Source of the DNA: Candidatus Zixiibacteriota bacterium | GTDB lineage: Bacteria > Zixibacteria > MSB-5A5 > GN15 > FEB-12 | Direction: 5' to 3' | DNA: 64,000 nucleotides | Assembly (NCBI GenBank): GCA_021163775.1 | Contig: JAGGTI010000127.1 | Location: 691-64,690 of the forward strand | Shown here: piece by piece, positions 10,546-19,201 of the stretch | Layout: each line of letters starts with the position of its first letter | How positions within the stretch are numbered: the first letter of the stretch is position 1 | Made by a program: the position numbers and the translations under genes | The notes under the pieces: model-generated | Databases searched by the model: none | The model's input: only the letters and a program-made list of their open reading frames with translations | Told to the model about the DNA's origin: nothing

Positions 10546-12801
10546 ATGTTTAAGTTACTGCTCAGACTCAAGCGCCGGATCCGCAAACTGCTGAAGGTCA
10601 AGACCGAAAGCCGGCAAGCCCAGACTGTGACGGTCCGATCCCGCACCGTGCGATACCTGATATTGGTGGTGACCGCTGTGGTTATTGGTGTTCTCTATCC
10701 GGCTGAGGTGCTCTACGATCCTCTCGATATGCCTCGACGGGGTGAGTTTGCGCGGGAGGACATAGCCGCGCCGTTCCAGATCTCGATCTACAAAAGCCAG
10801 CGTGATATGGAGGAGGAAGGGGCGCAAGTTCAAAGATTTACGCCGCATGTGCTGGATGTCGATACGGTGGTGGTGACACGAGCAGTCGAACGGCTCGACC
10901 GCTTTGTGGAGCTTGTTGAGAACTTCCGCAGTCAGGACAGTCTCACACGGTCAAATACTCGGGGTGTTTTCTTGGATTCGCTCGGAGAAAAGTTTCCTTC
11001 TCTCAGCGAGACGGCACTGAACAAAGCTCTCACCGATTCGCTTGACATGAGGCTGATGCAAGCCCGGTTAGCGACGATCTTCCGAGACCACATCTATACC
11101 GTTGGTGTTTTGGCACGGAGTGATGAATTGCCTGCTTCGACCAATCCGAAAGTACTGGTTCGGGTAGGTGAACGAGAGAATCTATATAGTCGGAGTCGTA
11201 TCCGTGATGTTAGCCTGGCCAACGCCCGACTCACTACTGTTTTGAATCAGTTGGCTGATTCACTGCCTATTGACGTGGATTTTTACTACAATGTCGGGCG
11301 GAGTTTCCTGTGGCCCAATCTGACTGTTAATTTGTCTGAATATAACCGTAGGGTGACCGAGGGAATCGAACAGCTATCTACGGTTCGAAGAGTTGTGAAC
11401 GCCGGAGACATCATAGTGTCGGCCCGGCAAAAAGTGACAGCCGATCAGGAGGAAATTCTCCAGGAAATGGTGCGGATCATGCGTAGCCAGGCCGCCAGTC
11501 GTGGTTGGTGGGTAGCACTATTGCCAATGCTTGCGCGATTCATTTTGGTCGTGGCGGCATTTGTGGCACTCTATTTATTTTTGGCCTATTTCCGCCCCGA
11601 CATGGCCCGCTCGAATCCCAAGTTACTGGCTTTGTCGCTGATGTTTGGTTTACAGATGCTCTTGATTCACTCGGTCGATTATTTGGCGGCGACTGCAGGA
11701 ATCAACTCAATCTACATATATCCGCTGGTTGTGTTGCCGGTGATGGTTACGATTTTGTTTGATTCCGAGGTTGGCATCCTGTCTACTTTCATTCTGGCTC
11801 TACTTTTGGGGGTGATGCATCGATTCAGTTTTTCGCTCACGCTACTGACCGCTGTGGTCGGTTTTGTCGGTTGTCTCAGTGCTCGCCAGGTACGTCGTCG
11901 GTCACACTTCTATCGCATTATGCTGGCAGTTTTGCTGGCCCACGTTTTGTTGATTCTGGTGGTTGAGAAATTAAAACTGACACCCAATCCTGAAATCTTA
12001 AGCGAAATGGTCTACGGGATCATAATGTCTGTGGTCTCGATTATTTTCGTAATCGGGATACTTCCGGTGTTTGAATCGCTCTTTGGAATCACCACCGACA
12101 CAACGTTGTTGGAGCTGTCCGATCTTAACCATCCGTTATTAAAACGCCTGTCGATTGAAGCCCCGGGAACTTACCACCATTCTATTTCGGTGGGTAATCT
12201 ATCAGAATCAGCCGCCGAGGTAATCGGTGCCAATGCGTTGCTGGCTCGTGTGGGGGCGTATTATCATGATATTGGCAAGATCGAAATACCCGAGTATTTT
12301 GTTGAAAACCAGTTTAGTATCCGTTCCAAGCACGATTCTCTGACACCGTCCATGTCGACGTTGATATTATCGTCACATGTCAAGAAAGGGCGGATGCTTG
12401 GTGAAGAGGCTGATATCCCTGACGAGGTACTCAATTTCATCGAAGAACACCACGGCACTATGGTTATGGAGTATTTCTATCATCGGGCCAAAGAGCAGGA
12501 GGGTGACGATGTTGATATCAACAAGTATCGCTATCCCGGCCCTAAACCTCAAACTCGTGAAACCGGTATCGTCATGTTGGCCGATGCGGTGGAAGCCGCC
12601 AGCCGAACACTTGATGAACCAAAACCGGCTCGGATCGATGTGCTAATCCAACGTATCATAAATAACCGATTCCAATCAGGCGAATTAGATGAATGTTCGC
12701 TAACCCTGCGAGACCTGGCTGGAATCAAGCGTGCCTTCACCCAGAACTTGATTGCTGTTTTCCACCATCGGGTAAAATACCCATCCCAGCGTGGAGACTG
12801 A
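10546..12801 (+). CDS. 7TM receptor with intracellular HD/HDIG hydrolase domain (PgpH/YqfF-like)
   Basis: The 751-aa product has a long extracytoplasmic N-terminus and about 7 TM helices. These are followed by HHSISVGNL, YYHDIGK and EEHHG motifs of the HDIG domain. Confidence 0.85.
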   Translation: MFKLLLRLKRRIRKLLKVKTESRQAQTVTVRSRTVRYLILVVTAVVIGVLYPAEVLYDPLDMPRRGEFAREDIAAPFQISIYKSQRDMEEEGAQVQRFTPHVLDVDTVVVTRAVERLDRFVELVENFRSQDSLTRSNTRGVFLDSLGEKFPSLSETALNKALTDSLDMRLMQARLATIFRDHIYTVGVLARSDELPASTNPKVLVRVGERENLYSRSRIRDVSLANARLTTVLNQLADSLPIDVDFYYNVGRSFLWPNLTVNLSEYNRRVTEGIEQLSTVRRVVNAGDIIVSARQKVTADQEEILQEMVRIMRSQAASRGWWVALLPMLARFILVVAAFVALYLFLAYFRPDMARSNPKLLALSLMFGLQMLLIHSVDYLAATAGINSIYIYPLVVLPVMVTILFDSEVGILSTFILALLLGVMHRFSFSLTLLTAVVGFVGCLSARQVRRRSHFYRIMLAVLLAHVLLILVVEKLKLTPNPEILSEMVYGIIMSVVSIIFVIGILPVFESLFGITTDTTLLELSDLNHPLLKRLSIEAPGTYHHSISVGNLSESAAEVIGANALLARVGAYYHDIGKIEIPEYFVENQFSIRSKHDSLTPSMSTLILSSHVKKGRMLGEEADIPDEVLNFIEEHHGTMVMEYFYHRAKEQEGDDVDINKYRYPGPKPQTRETGIVMLADAVEAASRTLDEPKPARIDVLIQRIINNRFQSGELDECSLTLRDLAGIKRAFTQNLIAVFHHRVKYPSQRGD

Positions 12802-13240
12802 GCCTATGACGCTTTCGATATTCAAGGAGACAGATGTCCGGCTACCCATGCGGCGATTGAATCGCCTCTTCGAGATAGTAGTGTGTGGCGAGGGCAACAC
12901 CGACTGGTTGGCCACGGTCAATTTGGTGCTCACTGACAATCCGAATATGCGTCGACTGAACAACCAATATCGCTCGCTTGATCGTCCGACCGATGTGTTG
13001 TCATTCAATATTGATTCGCCCGAGGATCCTGACGGCATCTTTGGCGAGATTTATCTATCTGTTCCGTATGTTCGCCGTCAGGCCACCAATAACGGCAATG
13101 GTATCTGGTCGGAATATCTGATGTTGTTCTGTCACGGTTTGTTACACCTGTTTGGCTACGATCATGCAACAACCGCCGAGAAATCTTCTATGTTCACCCT
13201 TCAGGCTGACTATCTGGAGGAGCTGTACGGCGAGGGCTGA
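12791..13240 (+). CDS. ybeY: rRNA maturation endoribonuclease YbeY
   Basis: The product has the zinc motif HGLLHLFGYDH. The GTG at 12791 overlaps the upstream stop. An ATG at 12806 is an alternative start. Confidence 0.9.
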   Translation: METEPMTLSIFKETDVRLPMRRLNRLFEIVVCGEGNTDWLATVNLVLTDNPNMRRLNNQYRSLDRPTDVLSFNIDSPEDPDGIFGEIYLSVPYVRRQATNNGNGIWSEYLMLFCHGLLHLFGYDHATTAEKSSMFTLQADYLEELYGEG

Positions 13241-13242
13241 GA

Positions 13243-14517
13243 GTGATGGATATTCTGATATTCATACTGGTAATCGCCTGGTGCTATTTCTCAGCCTATG
13301 TTGTCTCTCTGTATGCTTTAGCGGTGTATATTGATCCGGAAGATATCTCCGAGCTGATTCCAGACGCCTCGGATCGACATCGACAGACCCTGATCAAACT
13401 GGTGAACGATCCTCGTGCCTTTGTGCAAGTGGCTACAGTCTATAGCTCTTTTGTCCTGGTCGTAATTTCGGTATGCGTGGTTTTTCTCACTGATCGGATA
13501 ATCGTCGGTTTCAACCCGGTGTTTTGGTATCCGGGTAGTCTGCTTTTGGCCTGGCTCTTTTTTATCGTTTGCGCGCAGTATCTTCCACGTCGAACTTCGC
13601 GAACAGCCATTGATCGAAATATGCTTCGCTACCTGAGGTTGATCAGTGTTATCTTCAGACTGTTTTTTCCGGTGGTATCGGTGTATCGGCGCGGTTTGAT
13701 ACGCTACTCACGGGAGCATCAGGTAACTGAGGAAGAGAAAGAGGAGATTGTCGAACGAGCTATCGAGACGTTAGCTGAACAGGCTGGTATTGGTGAGGCG
13801 ATTGTCGAGCAGGATGAGAAGGAAATGATCGGTCATATCTTCCAGTTGGATCAGACTCTGGTTCGAGAGATTATGATTCCCCGAATTGATCTGGTAGCGG
13901 TTGAGAAGTCAACTCGGTTTGTTGATATTCGTGATCTGGTTCGGCGTGATGGTCATTCGCGCTACCCGGTGTATGAAAGTTCAATCGATAAAATCGTTGG
14001 GATTCTTTACGTAAAGGATCTTTTTACCAACTTACCACAGCCTGGTGAAGAGTTCGTGATCAGCAAATATCTTAGAAACCCGTATTTTGTACCGGAAACC
14101 AAGATTATCGGTGATCTGTTACGTGAGTTCCGGACCCGCAAACTGCACTTAGCTATGGTTGTTGACGAATACGGCGGTGTGGCTGGACTGGTCACTCTGG
14201 AAGATATTCTGGAGGAAATCGTAGGGGAGATTCAGGATGAGCACGACTCCGAACCTGAAGAATGTCAGGTCCAACCAGATGGAAGCTATATAGTCGATGC
14301 GGCCATGCAACTGGACAAGCTCCAGGAAAGGCTCGAGACAGAGTTCCATCAGGATGAGAACGACACTGTCGGGGGGCTTATCTACGATTTAGTTGGATCG
14401 GTGCCGGAAGTCGGTACCTGTGTGAGTTGGAATGACTTACAATTTGAAGTTCTTGGCCTTGATGGCCAACGCATCCTGAGTGTGCGAGTTAATCTGACTC
14501 AATCACCCCCAAACTAG
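13243..14517 (+). CDS. CNNM/CorC/TlyC-family protein (DUF21 TM domain + CBS pair + CorC_HlyC)
   Basis: The 424-aa product has N-terminal TM helices, a CBS-pair region (REIMIPRIDL...RYPVYE) and a C-terminal transporter-associated domain. Its operon position after ybeY is the conserved one. Confidence 0.85.
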   Translation: MMDILIFILVIAWCYFSAYVVSLYALAVYIDPEDISELIPDASDRHRQTLIKLVNDPRAFVQVATVYSSFVLVVISVCVVFLTDRIIVGFNPVFWYPGSLLLAWLFFIVCAQYLPRRTSRTAIDRNMLRYLRLISVIFRLFFPVVSVYRRGLIRYSREHQVTEEEKEEIVERAIETLAEQAGIGEAIVEQDEKEMIGHIFQLDQTLVREIMIPRIDLVAVEKSTRFVDIRDLVRRDGHSRYPVYESSIDKIVGILYVKDLFTNLPQPGEEFVISKYLRNPYFVPETKIIGDLLREFRTRKLHLAMVVDEYGGVAGLVTLEDILEEIVGEIQDEHDSEPEECQVQPDGSYIVDAAMQLDKLQERLETEFHQDENDTVGGLIYDLVGSVPEVGTCVSWNDLQFEVLGLDGQRILSVRVNLTQSPPN

Positions 14518-14563
14518 TAGCATTCCCTGGCCGGCGCAAATTCTGCGACATGTAAAATATTGC

Positions 14564-14592
14564 TTGACAAGGTGATAGGTCGTTGCTATTAT
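14564..14592 (+). promoter_or_regulatory. Near-consensus sigma-70 promoter
   Basis: TTGACA (14564-14569), a 17-nt spacer, then TATTAT (14587-14592), about 115 nt upstream of the small secreted-protein gene. Confidence 0.45.
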
Positions 14593-14709
14593 TGATGTAG
14601 CAGGAAATGCGATAATGAGTTACTTCGCTTTCTATTCCCTTACGTTTCATGACATACTTCATTTGCCTGGTTAGCTGGGAATAGTGCGGACAGTTTGGAG
14701 GATATAGTA

Positions 14710-14982
14710 ATGAGTGGCAGATTATTTAAAAGTATTCTTCTGTTGCTGGTCTTGTTTGTAACCTGTTTTGTGGTCAGCCCGATTTCATCTGGTGAGCATC
14801 CTTGGGGTTCAGATCGCGACACAGGTGAAGAAGATACCGACACGAGTTCAATCACCATAGACACCACCTCTATGACAGATACCACAGTAGTTGTGGGTGG
14901 TTCTGGTGGTGATGTTGATTTGGCACCGGCTTGGTTCAGTTTCTTTACCAGCGTTTGGTCATCGGTATCGTTCGTATTCTAA
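14710..14982 (+). CDS. Small secreted acidic Thr/Asp-rich protein with hydrophobic aromatic C-terminus (hypothetical)
   Basis: I prefer the ATG at 14710, which has a GGAGGA RBS 7 nt upstream. The product starts with signal peptide MSGRLFKSILLLLVLFVTCFVVSPISSG, continues with DRDTGEEDTDTSSITIDTTSMTDTT, and ends GGSGGDVDLAPAWFSFFTSVWSSVSFVF. Confidence 0.45.
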   Translation: MSGRLFKSILLLLVLFVTCFVVSPISSGEHPWGSDRDTGEEDTDTSSITIDTTSMTDTTVVVGGSGGDVDLAPAWFSFFTSVWSSVSFVF

Positions 14983-15004
14983 GCAGGAATGCCGATTCGA
15001 CACC

Positions 15005-15030
15005 CGAAGCGGTAGATCGAAGCGGTAGAT
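15005..15030. repeat. Perfect tandem duplication of a 13-nt unit (cgaagcggtagat x2)
   Basis: Read directly from the sequence. The duplication is nested inside an 8-bp inverted repeat, gccgattc (14990-14997) / gaatcggc (15054-15061), in the leader of the sigma-54 activator gene. Confidence 0.8.
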
Positions 15031-15096
15031 GTTTTGGGGTTAAGAATCGGCCGCCCGTAAGAATGGGCATTAACCAGATCTAAACAGAAGAGTGAC

Positions 15097-18033
15097 ATGG
15101 CTACAACCTCACAAAAGCTTGTCTTTGATAGTCGTCTCCTGGTCATAGAGGAGTTGCTTCTACAGCGGAAGTTTGAAGCGGCTCGGAAGGATCTGCAGGC
15201 TCTACAGCCGAGTGAATTTGTCGGTGAAAGCATCCATGCAGGTCTTTATCTATCGCACACGGCCGACATCAGCTTCATTGATGGAGACTATCAAGAGGCT
15301 CTGGACAAAGGGCTCCGCGCCGCGAAAATTCTGGCCGGATCGCACCACAATCGGCAGTACGCTCGAGCCTTGCATATTCTCTCAAAAACTTATTGGGCGC
15401 TCGGAAATTTGAGGGCCGCTGAAGACAAAGCCCACGACGCTGTGGCCTCGTATCGCCGTGCGGGCGATTACTTTGGCCAGGGGAGTGCACTCAACGAGTT
15501 GGCGCACATCGCATTTATGCGATCAGATTTTTCTGTCGCTTGTGAGTATCTCGATCAAGCAATCACATTAGCCGAGGGGCATCCGGCGAAGGCGGCCATG
15601 CTCTCAGGTAACGCTGGCCGTATTCGCACCCTGATGGGTGATTGGTCGGCGGCGGAATCAGACCTGAAAGTGGCTCTTGAGTATTCCCAGGAGAACAGCG
15701 ATGAACAGGCAGAAGCTGAAACCCTTCTTTCCTTAGGATATGTCCATCTGAGAAAACGGGAGTTCGTGTTTGCTGAAAATTGCTTTACTGATGCCAAAGA
15801 GATTATTGATCGTCTCGGTTTGAAGCGTCAGAAAATATTCCAGCAGAAGTATGCCGGTGAGTTGGCCTTGGAGAAAGGCGACCTCTATCGGGCCAAAACT
15901 CATTTAGAAGAAGCATATCGGGCAGGTCGGAGGCTGGCGCCGGAGTCGGCGCTCATTTCACAGGCCGGACGGCGTTTGGCTGAAGTTGAATTGGCTCTCG
16001 ATAATATTGATCAGGCAACTAAGTATGCCCACAAGGCACTTGAATTGGCGCTTCAAATCGGCGAACAGGCCGAAATAGGGCAGACCAGACGAGTTATTGC
16101 TGAGGCTTTTGCGGCTCGATCGGAATTCCCTGAAGCTCTGGAGAGCGGTCGTCAGGCGTTGGAAACGGCTGAAACAGCCGGTGATCCGCTCGATCTGGCA
16201 CGCACTGTTTTTTCGCTGGCCGAAATAATGGTTCAGGCAGGGTCGGATGATGCCGAGCGTATCAATGCTTTATATAGTAGGGCTGGCAAGATATTCCACC
16301 GTCTTGGTCTGGATTACTGGACCGCCGAGACAGATTATCGGGCTGGTGTTCTGGCCTGTAGTATTGGTCAGCTACCACGTGGTTTTAAGAAACTAAGTCA
16401 CTCCGAGAGGTTGTTTTCCGCTCTGGCTGAAACTGCCAAAGTCCGACGGGTCAGTCAGTTCCTGACAGGCTTGGCTGATCAGGCTGTGGCTTTGTCCGTT
16501 TCTGATGACAACGAGTTCAGGCTCTTCGGTCGGTTAATAAACCAGGCCGAGATAGAAGATATTGATGCCAGCCAGATGGGTGGTATTATTGAGGCTTTAT
16601 GCCGTCGGACTGGAGCCGATCGAGTGATTATTATGACTCCGGATCTTGAGGACGGCTCATTTACTTCTTCGGTGGTATTGACTGATAGACAGATACGCAC
16701 ATTTGTCGATGGTTTCCGTCGTCTGTTGGGTGAGGAGATCTCAACTACCAAGCCAACCTTATTGTTGGACTGTCGCCGCGATCCGTACGTGGCAGAACTG
16801 TTTTCGGATATGCCGGAAGTGATCGCCAGCGTGCTGGTGGTTCCTTATCGTATGGGTGACGGTACCCGCAGTTATATATATCTTGACCGTTTATCATCCG
16901 ATGGGCGTCTTAATCCGTTCAATCAGGATGCGCTGAATTTCACTGTAGGCTACTCAGATATCGTGGCTTTTATGTCGGCGGAGCTTCAGAGAGCGCGACT
17001 ATTGGAAGATAATCGTCGCCTCAAAGCTCAGCTTATGGAAGAGACCGCATTCCCGAACATTATCACCCGCAATCACGAAATGTTGCGTATTTTGGACCAA
17101 GTGCGACAGGTGGTCGATTCGCCGATTTCAGTCACTATTAATGGTCCCACGGGTAGTGGCAAAGACCTGTTAGCTCGGGCTATTCACTATAATTCGGTAC
17201 GCCGTGAGTACCGGTTCATTTCGGTTAATTGTGCCGCTTTGCCCGAGACGCTACTTGAGTCTGAACTGTTTGGGTATTGTCGGGGAGCTTTTACTGGCGC
17301 TGACCGTGACAAGCCGGGTCTATTTGAGGAAGCTGATGGCGGTACTTTTTTCCTCGATGAAATAGCTGATATGCCATTGAGTGTACAGGCCAAGATTCTT
17401 CGCGTTTTGGAAGAGAAAGAACTGGTTCGTCTGGGCGAAAGCACTCCACGTGCGGTGGATGTCAGAATTATTTCAGCTACCAACAAAGTGCTGAAGGATG
17501 AAATGAAAACAGGTCGTTTCCGTCAGGATCTCTACTATCGACTGGCTGGATTGACTTTCCGCCTTCCGCCGTTAGCCGATCGGCGCGAGGATATCCCATT
17601 ATTGGTGGAACATTTTCTGGCCGAGAGTGGCAAAAAGGTTTCACCGACCGTGATGAAGCACCTTATGGCCTATGACTGGCCGGGCAATGTTCGGGAGCTT
17701 GACAATGAAGTCAAGAAATTGGTTTTGTTGACCGGGAGCGATGAAACGATAGAGACCGACATTCTTTCAGCCAAGACAATGGCTACCGATTCCATGAATC
17801 AAAGTTTGGCGGTAAGCGTCTCAGCGCCAACGGAGAACATTCAATTTGATCAGGAATACTCACTATATGATTATCTGGCTGGCCATGAGCGCAGGTTCAT
17901 TGTACAGGCTTTAAAAGAGCGCAAAGGAGTCAAAAAACACGCGGCGGCTATGCTCAATATCCCGGAGTCAACCTTGCGTCTGAAGATCAAGGAGTACAAT
18001 ATTGATCTGAAGCGACTTGACGCTATCAATTGA
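15097..18033 (+). CDS. Sigma-54-dependent transcriptional activator with a long TPR-like N-terminal region, a GAF-like middle region, an AAA+ domain and a Fis-type HTH
   Basis: The product is 978 aa. The AAA+ region has Walker A GPTGSGKDLLARAIH, the sigma-54 contact motif ESELFGYCRGAFTGA, and Walker B FFLDEI. The C-terminal HTH reads KKHAAAMLNIPESTLRLKIKEY. The N-terminal 450 aa or so is helical-repeat (TPR-like). Confidence 0.85.
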   Translation: MATTSQKLVFDSRLLVIEELLLQRKFEAARKDLQALQPSEFVGESIHAGLYLSHTADISFIDGDYQEALDKGLRAAKILAGSHHNRQYARALHILSKTYWALGNLRAAEDKAHDAVASYRRAGDYFGQGSALNELAHIAFMRSDFSVACEYLDQAITLAEGHPAKAAMLSGNAGRIRTLMGDWSAAESDLKVALEYSQENSDEQAEAETLLSLGYVHLRKREFVFAENCFTDAKEIIDRLGLKRQKIFQQKYAGELALEKGDLYRAKTHLEEAYRAGRRLAPESALISQAGRRLAEVELALDNIDQATKYAHKALELALQIGEQAEIGQTRRVIAEAFAARSEFPEALESGRQALETAETAGDPLDLARTVFSLAEIMVQAGSDDAERINALYSRAGKIFHRLGLDYWTAETDYRAGVLACSIGQLPRGFKKLSHSERLFSALAETAKVRRVSQFLTGLADQAVALSVSDDNEFRLFGRLINQAEIEDIDASQMGGIIEALCRRTGADRVIIMTPDLEDGSFTSSVVLTDRQIRTFVDGFRRLLGEEISTTKPTLLLDCRRDPYVAELFSDMPEVIASVLVVPYRMGDGTRSYIYLDRLSSDGRLNPFNQDALNFTVGYSDIVAFMSAELQRARLLEDNRRLKAQLMEETAFPNIITRNHEMLRILDQVRQVVDSPISVTINGPTGSGKDLLARAIHYNSVRREYRFISVNCAALPETLLESELFGYCRGAFTGADRDKPGLFEEADGGTFFLDEIADMPLSVQAKILRVLEEKELVRLGESTPRAVDVRIISATNKVLKDEMKTGRFRQDLYYRLAGLTFRLPPLADRREDIPLLVEHFLAESGKKVSPTVMKHLMAYDWPGNVRELDNEVKKLVLLTGSDETIETDILSAKTMATDSMNQSLAVSVSAPTENIQFDQEYSLYDYLAGHERRFIVQALKERKGVKKHAAAMLNIPESTLRLKIKEYNIDLKRLDAIN

Positions 18034-18052
18034 GTGATCCACAAAAACGATT

Positions 18053-18081
18053 GCGCCCCACCTCGCGGGGCGCTTTTTTTG
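18053..18081 (+). terminator. Rho-independent terminator after the sigma-54 activator gene
   Basis: Stem gcgcccc (18053-18059) pairs with ggggcgc (18067-18073) and is followed by TTTTTTT. Confidence 0.7.
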
Positions 18082-18084
18082 TTT

Positions 18085-18888
18085 ATGCAACAATATTACT
18101 TTTACAAGCACTGTGCGGCCGACCCGTTTTTTAATATGGCCTTCGATGAAATGATGCTGGATTTCGTTCTGGAGCGACCCGATGTCATTTTGCTACGACT
18201 TTATACCTGGATGCCGGGGACAATCACGATTGGGCTGAATCAGGAGATGGATCGGGCACTTGATCTCTCACGATTGGGAAACACGCCGCTAATACGCCGA
18301 GTAACCGGCGGAAGAGCAGTTTATCATGATCCTTCTGAACTGACTTACGCTGTGGCCGTGAACCCTGAAGGGGTTGGCTTGGATGCTTGGCGTGGTTCGA
18401 TCTCTGACGTCTATCTCTATTTGGCTCAAGCACTTCAAGGCTATTTGAAGGTGCTGGGGGTGCGTAGTAAAGTGGTTCGAACTGTTTCGGAGCCAGCTCG
18501 TTCACCATCGACATTAGCTCGACAACCCTGTTTTGCTTCTGCGGCCCGATATGAGTTATTGGCCACAGGTGGTAAAGTGGTAGCTTCGGCTCAGCGTCGG
18601 ATTGGACGTGCTCTGTTACAGCACGGGTCAATAAAGCTGGATGGTGTCGCTACGCACGCCGCTCTGGAGGGTATGGAGGCAAGCGATCAAGATTTGCAAC
18701 CGCTTGGGAAGCGGCGATTTGACCGGATGGCTGACCTGTTTCTACGAACTTGGGCGAGTATTCTGGGTGGTCCTCCCGGGGGCGACTTACCCGTTTTGGA
18801 GGGATCGAGTCGTTTTCTTAAACGTCTCGAAAGAGTACACTTTCAGCCACTTGATCGACGGGATACTTTTGAACAGACAAACGGTTAA
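18085..18888 (+). CDS. Lipoate-protein ligase / octanoyltransferase family protein (LipM/LplA catalytic domain only)
   Basis: BPL/LPL catalytic motifs are present: LRLYTWMPGTITIGLNQ, IRRVTGGRAVYHD and GGKVVASAQRR...LQHGSI. I moved the start to the ATG at 18085, because the track start at 18034 would read through the terminator hairpin. Confidence 0.75.
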   Translation: MQQYYFYKHCAADPFFNMAFDEMMLDFVLERPDVILLRLYTWMPGTITIGLNQEMDRALDLSRLGNTPLIRRVTGGRAVYHDPSELTYAVAVNPEGVGLDAWRGSISDVYLYLAQALQGYLKVLGVRSKVVRTVSEPARSPSTLARQPCFASAARYELLATGGKVVASAQRRIGRALLQHGSIKLDGVATHAALEGMEASDQDLQPLGKRRFDRMADLFLRTWASILGGPPGGDLPVLEGSSRFLKRLERVHFQPLDRRDTFEQTNG

Positions 18889-19201
18889 TGGAGTCTATAG
18901 GAGAGCGGTTTAGATAGTCTCTTCAGCCTTGTTTCGCCAAAAATTCGCTTGACTTGGTTGTGCTGGCAGAATTATCTTCCGTGACTAATTGAGTAGGTGT
19001 GCGATAACACCGTAGATGTACGAGGATGGTGAGGTTGGTTATCGAAAAGTCAGTTGAGACAAGCAAGGTTTCATCCACCCTCCCTATGTTTGCTGGATAT
19101 TGGATAACAGGTTATTTATGGTTGCGATGGTGCGACAAATGACTTGCCAGCGATTGGTGTACATCGGTGTTTGAGTTTAGGCTTCTTTAGGAGGAAGAGC
19201 A

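Noticed and set aside
19119-19133. A weak sigma-54-like site, TGGTTG-cgatg-GTGC, upstream of the TonB-dependent receptor operon
   Set aside because: Only the GG/GC dinucleotides and their spacing match. The flanking consensus positions (CAC, TT) are wrong, so this is likely a chance occurrence.
18889-19201. A possible riboswitch (for example cobalamin) in the 313-nt leader of the TonB-dependent receptor gene
   Set aside because: No B12-box or other riboswitch core motif was recognised. Only generic short stems such as cgataac...gttatcg are present. An Infernal/Rfam scan is needed before any claim.
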